Assembly (NCBI GenBank): GCA_959604825.1
Contig: CAUHCN010000004.1
Coordinates: 4,815-68,814, forward strand
DNA from: an uncultured Collinsella sp.
Lineage (GTDB): Bacteria; Actinomycetota; Coriobacteriia; Coriobacteriales; Coriobacteriaceae
Length of the DNA stretch: 64,000 nt
Direction: 5' to 3'
Notes under the pieces: generated by a model
Database searches by the model: none
Seen by the model: only the letters and a program-made list of their open reading frames with translations
What the model was told of the DNA's origin: nothing
Program-made: the position numbers and the translations under genes
Shown here: one piece after another, positions 56,976 through 64,000 of the stretch
How the letters are laid out: every line of letters begins with the position of its first letter
How positions within the stretch are numbered: position 1 is the stretch's first letter

Positions 56976-59297
56976 ATGCCTAAAACGCTTTTAGTATTTC
57001 CCCCAGGATGGAGTCCAGTGGGGCCGTATCTTGCCTTGCCTGTTTTGAAGTCATATCTTCAAGAGGTTGAACAATACAAAGTTGACATTGTTGACTTAAA
57101 CGTGGAATTTTACGATGACCTCCTATCTTTTAGACATGTCGAAGAGTGCTGTAAAAGGTATCGGGAATCAAAGGATTCGTTTAGTTCGAATGTTCAATTA
57201 ACAATCGAGTTGATACAAAAGTCGGCACTTAATGTTGACGAGGCAAAAGATATTTTCAGATCGAAGAGATACTTTAATCTAAAAGAAAGACAATATGCTG
57301 AAAACATTTTTAGAAATGCACTCTATATCATAAATCACGTCTCATATGGAGTTAAATACACGTTCAACTCCATAGATCTGCCCTATGATTATTATTCGAC
57401 ACCAGAAATAATGAAATCGCTTGCGGATACCTTGCATAATCCGTTTATTTCCTTCTATGAAACTGCCTTTCTTAAGCGTATTCAGAGGGAAAAATTCGAG
57501 TTTATTGGGATTTCGGTGAGCGGCTGTTTCCAATTGATTTCTGCAGTTACGTTAGCGAGACTGATTAAGGAAGAATGTCCATCTGTTAAACACGTCTCAT
57601 TGGGCGGCAATTACATTACTCGTTTAGCAGATGACTGCATGAAAGAATGGCATCCCTTTTTTGAATACATTGATTCGATAATGATGTATGACGGCGAAGA
57701 GCCGCTTGCACGTCTTCTTGAGGCTCTTGACTCTGGTGATGACAATCTCGACTGTGTTCCAAACCTTTGCCATGCTAAAGGTGGAAAGATATATAAAAAC
57801 CATCGGATTGAGCAAACATTTATCAACGATACAGTTCCCGATTTCGATGGCTTCGCCCTTTCTATATACTTCATGCCTGAGTTAATATTGCCGGTTTATT
57901 CCTCTAGGCAGTGTTTTAATCATTGCGCCTTCTGCACCATTCCCGGTGCCACCGGTGGTTGTTACCGAAAGATGCCTATATCGAGAGTATTTGAAATAAT
58001 GTGTCGGTTAAATGAAAAATACGGCACGAGAGTTTTCTCTTTTGTGGATGAAACATTCGAAGGCAAAAGAATGGAGCAACTCGCGGATGAAATAAACGCA
58101 TCGGGAAAAACGTTTTTCTGGCATGGAGAAACGAGGTTCTCTCCAACCCTAAGTACAGAAGTTTTTAACAAGATATACCAAAGTGGATGTAGGCAGATTC
58201 AGTTTGGCCTCGAGTCATACAACCAAAGAGTTCTTGATCTAATGAAGAAGAACACGAGAGTTGATTGGATTGATCGCAATGTCCATGATTGTCTCAATGC
58301 GGGTATTCCTGTTCATCTATTTTTTATGATTGGCTTTCCGACCGAAACTAAAGAAGAGGCTCTGAACACCTTAGCTTATACAGAGAATGTTTTGAATTAT
58401 TCAAAACAGGTATGTGGTGTTCCATATTCCACGAGAGGATTTACGAATTTTGGTCTCGTTATGGGGTCGGATGTTTGGAATCATCCCGATAAGTATGGTG
58501 TCTCTGTAATGCCGAAGTCCCAATATGAGGATTTGCGCCTCGAAGTGGATTATGTTTCAGGCACTGGTTTAACTTTAAATGAAGCAAAATCCTTATCTGA
58601 TGAGCATCATATTGATTTTTATATGCAAGAGGTCATAAACGGTAGCGACACAATTGACTTGCCCCAGCGGCTTCATATTTCAGAGGTGACCTGGATCCTA
58701 GATTCTATTCACGCTGTCAGGTATAAGGGACATTTGACCAAAGTAAAGCGACGGCTAACTAGTCTAAATCCAGCTGATCGAATCTGGCTGGATTCCAAGA
58801 CCTCTGTCGTGCTCGTTGAGCCATTTGCCTACTTCTATAATTCTGAATACCATCATGTCTATGCTGTTTCCCAGTTGGTATACCTTAAGTTGGCCCGTTT
58901 ATTGGAGGCCGATTGTAGCATTTCTCTTATTCTTGATCAGGGCGACCTCGAGCTGACAAGGGCGATAGAAGAACTGTTGCATTATGGATTGCTGAATACA
59001 AATATCGATGCCGATTATGTAATGCACGATAACGGTTTTCAATTGGTTAAAAGTTCGTTTGTTAAAGAAGTCGGACGCTCAAAAGAGGGGTTAAGAGTAC
59101 TGCTGAGTTGTGCCACCCATAGAATGTGTGCGGTTAATGATTTTTCGTTCGCTTTGCTTTCGTTGTTTGAAAAGCCGATTACTAAGAACGAGGTGCGCGA
59201 CATTTTGAAAAAAGAGGGACTATCGACAAACGAGGAGCAATTAAACAAGTTGGTTGATAATTGCATGAAAGCAGATATACTACAATTGATTAGATAG
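56976..59297 (+). CDS. B12-binding radical SAM protein with C-terminal tandem RRE/PqqD-like modules
   Basis: FPP..P..PYL.L, DLN, GIS, LGG, DGEEPL (cobalamin domain); SRQCFNHCAFC (CX3CX2C); FVDE, FGLES, MIGFPTET. Confidence 0.9.
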   Translation: MPKTLLVFPPGWSPVGPYLALPVLKSYLQEVEQYKVDIVDLNVEFYDDLLSFRHVEECCKRYRESKDSFSSNVQLTIELIQKSALNVDEAKDIFRSKRYFNLKERQYAENIFRNALYIINHVSYGVKYTFNSIDLPYDYYSTPEIMKSLADTLHNPFISFYETAFLKRIQREKFEFIGISVSGCFQLISAVTLARLIKEECPSVKHVSLGGNYITRLADDCMKEWHPFFEYIDSIMMYDGEEPLARLLEALDSGDDNLDCVPNLCHAKGGKIYKNHRIEQTFINDTVPDFDGFALSIYFMPELILPVYSSRQCFNHCAFCTIPGATGGCYRKMPISRVFEIMCRLNEKYGTRVFSFVDETFEGKRMEQLADEINASGKTFFWHGETRFSPTLSTEVFNKIYQSGCRQIQFGLESYNQRVLDLMKKNTRVDWIDRNVHDCLNAGIPVHLFFMIGFPTETKEEALNTLAYTENVLNYSKQVCGVPYSTRGFTNFGLVMGSDVWNHPDKYGVSVMPKSQYEDLRLEVDYVSGTGLTLNEAKSLSDEHHIDFYMQEVINGSDTIDLPQRLHISEVTWILDSIHAVRYKGHLTKVKRRLTSLNPADRIWLDSKTSVVLVEPFAYFYNSEYHHVYAVSQLVYLKLARLLEADCSISLILDQGDLELTRAIEELLHYGLLNTNIDADYVMHDNGFQLVKSSFVKEVGRSKEGLRVLLSCATHRMCAVNDFSFALLSLFEKPITKNEVRDILKKEGLSTNEEQLNKLVDNCMKADILQLIR

Positions 59298-59310
59298 AGG
59301 AGGTTTCTGC

Positions 59311-59421
59311 ATGGACGTTATTAACAAAGATCTCTTGGAGCAACTGAAAGAGTCTCAGGAAGAGGGCGTCGTGGTAGAAGTGTTCGACTTTGAGGACTAC
59401 ATGGATAAATTCTGCCATTAG
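59311..59421 (+). CDS. putative RiPP precursor/scaffold peptide MDVINKDLLEQLKESQEEGVVVEVFDFEDYMDKFCH (36 aa)
   Basis: GAGGAGG SD just after the rSAM stop; ATG...TAG; followed by a terminator; below the ORF-track cutoff. Confidence 0.8.
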   Translation: MDVINKDLLEQLKESQEEGVVVEVFDFEDYMDKFCH

Positions 59422-59445
59422 TTTCGGAATTAACTTGCCTCGCTT

Positions 59446-59479
59446 AAAGGAGAAGTCGATTATCGATTTCTCCTTTTTT
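59446..59479 (+). terminator. terminator closing the islet operon
   Basis: AAAGGAGAAGTCGAT-T-ATCGATTTCTCCTTTTTT. Confidence 0.8.
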
Positions 59480-59609
59480 AATTAAAGATATTTTTGGAAT
59501 ACATGCTCTTAGCACAGGTTGGCGTCTCAGTAAACTGAGAGGTTGCTTTGGCTAGTTAGAGATATGTGAACGTCCGTTAGACTGAATCTCAGGGTAGAAG
59601 GGGCCTCCA

Positions 59610-61610
59610 GTGTCCAGATCAACAAGGCAATGCTGCGTTTCGGCTAATAAGAACGATGGCTTTTTGCGTGTGGCGGCGGCGTCGCCGCAGATTCGCGTGG
59701 CCGATGTCGAGGGTAATGCCGAGGTTGCGCTGGCAGCTGTTCGCAGAGCTGCCGAGCGCGGCATTCGCGCGTTGGTGTTGCCCGAGCTTAATCTGTGCGG
59801 CTATACCGCGGCCGATCTGTTCCATAACCGCACACTGCTGCATGCCTGCGAGGCGGCACTTGTGCACATCCTTGATGAAACCCGTGAGTTGCCGGTCGTC
59901 TTTACCATCGGTCTTCCCGTTGCAGTTGCCGAGAATATCTACAACTGCGCCGCCGTGTGCTGCGCGGGCGAGCTTTTGGGCCTCACGGCCAAGAAGTATC
60001 TGCCCAACTATGGCGAGTTCTATGAGCGCCGTTGGTTTGCTCCGGCGCCTGCGGATCCCGTGTGGGTTGAATTTGCCGGTCAGGGTCCGGTCCCGCTGGG
60101 TTCGGGGCTTGTCTACCGTTGCTGTGATGAAGGCGCCGAGGACCTGGTGCTGGGCGTTGAAGTCTGTGAGGACCTGTGGGTGCCGGCACCCCCTTCGACC
60201 GAGATGGCGCTTGCCGGTGCGACGGTGATTCTCAACCCGTCGGCCTCGGACGAGATTATCGGCAAGGCGGATTACCGCCGCAGCCTTATCTCCAATCAGA
60301 GTGCGCGCCTGTACTGCGCCTATGTCTACGCCGATGCGAGCGAGGGCGAGTCCACGACCGACATGGTCTTTGCGGGCGAGAACCTGATCTACGAAAACGG
60401 CTCTAAGCTGGCCGCCACCAAACTGCTTACCTGCGACATGGCCGTCGCCGATGTTGACCTTGACCGCCTGGTTGCCGAGCGCCGCCGCTCGACGACGTGG
60501 ACACGCGCGGACGATGCGCCGGAGGACACGACCGTTGAGTTTTCGTTTGAGGGTGTGTTGGCCGAAGAGCCTGTCCTGCGCGATGCCTGCGATATCGACC
60601 GCGTTTTCCCGCGCGCGCCCTTTGTGCCGGCCGACCATGGCGACCTGGCCGAGCGCTGCGAGACCATCCTCGACCTGCAGACCGCGGGCCTCAAGACCCG
60701 CCTTGCCCATACGGGTACCAAGGCGGCTGTCATCGGTCTTTCGGGCGGCCTGGACTCCACGTTGGCACTGCTTGTGACCGTGCGTGCCTTTGATGCGCTG
60801 GGGCTGCCGCGCACAGGCATCACTGCCGTGTCCATGCCCGGCTTTGGCACGACGCATCGTACCAAGTCGAATGCCGAGTCGCTCGCTCGCGACCTTGGCG
60901 TGAGCTTCCGCGAGGTTTCGATCCACGCGGCCGTGGAGCAGCACTTCAAGGACATTGAGCACGATCCGGCCGTGCAGGACGTGACTTACGAGAACAGCCA
61001 AGCCCGCGAGCGTACGCAGATTCTGATGGACTTGGCCAACCAGGCTGGCGGCTTTGTCATCGGCACCGGTGACCTGTCGGAGCTGGCGCTCGGCTGGGCT
61101 ACCTATAACGGAGACCACATGAGCATGTATGCCGTCAATGCGAGCGTGCCCAAGACGCTTGTGCGTCATCTGGTGCGTTATGCGGCTGATGTCTTTGGCG
61201 GGCGTATTGCCGAGACGCTGCTCGACATCCTCGATACGCCGGTGTCCCCCGAGCTTCTGCCGCCCACGGGCGACGGCGAGATTGCGCAGAAGACCGAGGA
61301 TTTGGTGGGCCCGTACGAGCTGCACGACTACTTCCTCTACTACCTACTGCGTTTTGGCTTTGAGCCGGGCAAGATCTACCGCATGGCGCTCAAGAGCTTC
61401 GAGGGCGTCTACGATGCCAAGACCGTTCACACGTGGCTGCGTACGTTCTATCGTCGCTTCTTTGCCCAGCAGTTTAAGCGCAGCTGCCTGCCCGATGGTC
61501 CCAAGGTGGGCTCGGTGACGCTCAGTCCGCGCGGCGATTGGCGTATGCCGAGTGACGCCAGCTCGCGCCTGTGGCTCGCCCAGATTGACGCGCTCAATCC
61601 GATGGACTAA
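59610..61610 (+). CDS. nadE: glutamine-dependent NAD+ synthetase
   Basis: nitrilase domain (PEL, KKYLPNY.EFYE, VCEDLW) plus synthetase (GLSGGLDS, ENSQARER, GTGDLSE, QFKRSC). Confidence 0.95.
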   Translation: MSRSTRQCCVSANKNDGFLRVAAASPQIRVADVEGNAEVALAAVRRAAERGIRALVLPELNLCGYTAADLFHNRTLLHACEAALVHILDETRELPVVFTIGLPVAVAENIYNCAAVCCAGELLGLTAKKYLPNYGEFYERRWFAPAPADPVWVEFAGQGPVPLGSGLVYRCCDEGAEDLVLGVEVCEDLWVPAPPSTEMALAGATVILNPSASDEIIGKADYRRSLISNQSARLYCAYVYADASEGESTTDMVFAGENLIYENGSKLAATKLLTCDMAVADVDLDRLVAERRRSTTWTRADDAPEDTTVEFSFEGVLAEEPVLRDACDIDRVFPRAPFVPADHGDLAERCETILDLQTAGLKTRLAHTGTKAAVIGLSGGLDSTLALLVTVRAFDALGLPRTGITAVSMPGFGTTHRTKSNAESLARDLGVSFREVSIHAAVEQHFKDIEHDPAVQDVTYENSQARERTQILMDLANQAGGFVIGTGDLSELALGWATYNGDHMSMYAVNASVPKTLVRHLVRYAADVFGGRIAETLLDILDTPVSPELLPPTGDGEIAQKTEDLVGPYELHDYFLYYLLRFGFEPGKIYRMALKSFEGVYDAKTVHTWLRTFYRRFFAQQFKRSCLPDGPKVGSVTLSPRGDWRMPSDASSRLWLAQIDALNPMD

Positions 61611-61727
61611 GGTTGCCAAATTGAACCAAAACAGCGGGTGCAAGCGTTACACTTTTGCAATCTGATGGCCCGTATCGCGCGGCGCTCTTGTCGGAGCGCC
61701 GCGTTTTTCATATCGAAAGGTGGCACC

Positions 61728-62891
61728 ATGCAGGCATCGCAGCGTCTCGACCGCTTTGGCGCGGAGGTCTTCGCCTCGCTCAACAACAAGCTTCTCGCGC
61801 TGAAGGCTCAGGGCAAGACCATTTACAACATAAGCGTGGGCACGCCCGACTTTAAGCCGTACGACCATGTGGTCGAGGCGCTCACGCATGCAGCCCAAGA
61901 TCCCGAGATGTGGAAGTATGCCCTGCGCGACCTGCCCGAACTCAAACAAGCCGTGTGCGATTACTATGAGCGTCGCTTTGGCGTTTCGGGCATTACACCG
62001 TCCATGGTGCAGTCGTGCAACGGCACGCAGGAGGGCGTGGGCCATTTGGGCCTGGCCCTGCTCGATCCGGGTGACACCATCCTGGTTCCCGATCCGTGCT
62101 ACCCGGTCTTTGAGGCGGGTGCCAAGATCGCCGATGCCAAGCTCGAGTACTATCCGCTGGTGGCGGAGCACAATTACCTGCCCTATGTGGCGGGTATCGA
62201 TCCCGAGGTGGCCGATCGTGCCAAGTACATGATTGTGTCGCTGCCCGCCAACCCGGTGGGCTCGGTGGGCACGCCCGAGGTCTACGAGGAGGTCATCGCT
62301 TTCGCCCGCGAGCACGACCTGCTCATCGTTCACGACAACGCATACTCCGACATCGTGTTCGACGGCGAGCCGGGCGGCAGCTTCTTGCAGTATCCCGGCG
62401 CGCTCGAGGTGGGCGTTGAGTTCTTCTCGCTCTCCAAGTCGTTTAACGTCACCGGTGCGCGTATCGGCTTTTTGGTCGGTCGCGAGGATGTGGTCTCGGC
62501 CTTTGCCAAGCTGCGCGGCCAGATCGACTTTGGTATGTTCTTCCCGATCCAGAAGGCTGCTATCGCCTGCCTGAACGGTCCGCGCGATGAGGTCGAGGCG
62601 CAGCGTCTGAAGTACCAGGAGCGCCGCGATGCCCTGTGCGACGGTCTTGAGGGCCTGGGCTGGGAGCGTCCCAACGCGCATGGCTCTATGTTTGTGTGGG
62701 CCAAGCTTCCCGGTGGTCGCACCGATTCCATGGCGTTTTGCGAGGAGCTCATGGAGAAGGCCGGCGTTGTGGTGACGCCGGGCGCGAGCTTTGGTCCTTC
62801 GGGCGAGGGACACGTGCGCATGGCGCTGGTCCTGCCGCCCGATCAGATTGCTTTGGCTGTCGAGGCCATCCGCGAGGCGGGTCTGTATTAG
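61728..62891 (+). CDS. class I/II PLP aminotransferase (AlaC/DapL-like)
   Basis: GTPD, PANP.G, HDNAY, SLSKSFN.TG.RIG, PGASFG. Confidence 0.9.
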   Translation: MQASQRLDRFGAEVFASLNNKLLALKAQGKTIYNISVGTPDFKPYDHVVEALTHAAQDPEMWKYALRDLPELKQAVCDYYERRFGVSGITPSMVQSCNGTQEGVGHLGLALLDPGDTILVPDPCYPVFEAGAKIADAKLEYYPLVAEHNYLPYVAGIDPEVADRAKYMIVSLPANPVGSVGTPEVYEEVIAFAREHDLLIVHDNAYSDIVFDGEPGGSFLQYPGALEVGVEFFSLSKSFNVTGARIGFLVGREDVVSAFAKLRGQIDFGMFFPIQKAAIACLNGPRDEVEAQRLKYQERRDALCDGLEGLGWERPNAHGSMFVWAKLPGGRTDSMAFCEELMEKAGVVVTPGASFGPSGEGHVRMALVLPPDQIALAVEAIREAGLY

Positions 62892-63092
62892 AAACCTGTT
62901 TCGACTCGTCAATAGCTCGAAACCGATTTCGTGCAGTTATTTTACGAATCCTGCAAACAATTTCGGTAAACGGTCGATTTTTGGCTGCGAATAGGAGCAT
63001 AATCAAAGTCCCGATTGGATGTATTGGGATTACGGCAAGCCGCTCGGGTCGTTCCCGGGCGGCTTGTTTGTGGAGAGAGATGGGAGTTTCTA

Positions 63093-64000
63093 ATGGTTAA
63101 CGAGAAGAAGGTCGCTATTGTCGGCTGCGGTTTCGTTGGTTCGTCTTCGGCGTTCGCGCTGATGCAGAGTGGTCTGTTCTCCGAGATGGTCCTCATCGAC
63201 GTGGACAAGAACCGCGCCGAGGGTGAGGCCCTGGATATCGCGCACGGCATGACGTTTGCCGAGCCGATGAAGATCTACGCCGGCGATTATTCCGATGTCG
63301 CCGACGCCGCCATGATCGTCGTCACCGCTGGCGCTGCCCAGAAGCCCGGTGAGACTCGCCTGGACCTGGTCAACAAGAACGTCAACATCTTTAAGTCCAT
63401 CATTCCCGAAATTAAGAAGTCTGGCTTCGACGGCATTCTGCTCATTGTCTCCAACCCGGTCGATGTTCTGACCTATGCCGCCATCAAGATGTCCGGCCTG
63501 CCCGAGGGCCATGTCATCGGCTCCGGCACCGTGCTCGACACTGGCCGTCTGCAGCAGATGCTTGGTGCCCACGTCGAGGTTGACCCGCGCGATGTCCAGG
63601 CCTATGTCATGGGTGAGCACGGCGACTCTGAGTTTGTCGCTTGGTCCAGCGCCCAGGTTGCCGGCGTGCCGCTGAACACTTTCTGCGAGCTTCACGGTCA
63701 TCTGGAGCATGAGGCTGCCGAGAAGCGCATCGCCGAGGACGTCAAGAACTCCGCCTACACCATCATCGAGAAGAAGCACGCCACCTACTATGGCGTCGCC
63801 ATGGCCGTCAAGCGCATCTGCACCGCCGTCATGCGCGATGAGCAGACCGTTCTGCCCGTCTCCTCGCTCATGGTGGGCGAGTATGGCCTGTCCGATCTTG
63901 CCATCTCCATGCCGACGGTCGTTGGCCGCGACGGCGTCGTCTGTCGCGTCCCCGTGCCGCTGAACGATGACGAGCAGCATGAGCTCACCGCCTCCGCCAA
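63093..64000 (+). CDS. ldh: L-lactate dehydrogenase (3' end outside the window)
   Basis: own translation: MVNEKKVAIVGCGFVGSS, TAGAAQKPGETRLDL, VSNPVD, GSGTVLDT.R, MGEHGDS, ATYYG; absent from the ORF track because there is no stop. Confidence 0.95.
   Translation, partial: MVNEKKVAIVGCGFVGSSSAFALMQSGLFSEMVLIDVDKNRAEGEALDIAHGMTFAEPMKIYAGDYSDVADAAMIVVTAGAAQKPGETRLDLVNKNVNIFKSIIPEIKKSGFDGILLIVSNPVDVLTYAAIKMSGLPEGHVIGSGTVLDTGRLQQMLGAHVEVDPRDVQAYVMGEHGDSEFVAWSSAQVAGVPLNTFCELHGHLEHEAAEKRIAEDVKNSAYTIIEKKHATYYGVAMAVKRICTAVMRDEQTVLPVSSLMVGEYGLSDLAISMPTVVGRDGVVCRVPVPLNDDEQHELTASA

Overview
High-GC actinobacterial chromosome segment; gene content and protein style suggest Coriobacteriia, probably Collinsella (inference). 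It is mostly housekeeping: a GH13 alpha-glucosidase (5'-truncated), tRNA-Gly and tRNA-Val, NrdR-controlled nrdD/nrdG, folE-HD-folB, an slyD-like PPIase with an orphan ureE, rnhA, LysR/metY, panE, nfo, a polar amino-acid ABC transporter, flavodoxin/DUF3793, a LexA-boxed Y-family polymerase/YolD cassette, pgi, an extended fructoselysine-like (frl) catabolic cluster, tcdA/tatD, sdpR/sdpI, ettA, nadE, an aminotransferase and ldh (3'-truncated). Two visibly AT-rich islets interrupt the last third. One (about 50.9-52.6 kb) encodes a Tat-exported papain-fold protease-like protein plus a lipoprotein. The other (about 55.4-59.5 kb) encodes DUF2087, an MFS exporter, a B12-dependent radical SAM enzyme with two C-terminal RRE/PqqD-like modules, and an unannotated 36-aa peptide gene (59311-59421); this is the best candidate for a novel RiPP system. 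A second hidden system at about 47.56-47.88 kb looks like an SOS-regulated type I toxin-antitoxin locus. Several structured leaders and palindromic intergenic repeats are also reported. All family assignments come from motif recognition by eye; no database searches were run.
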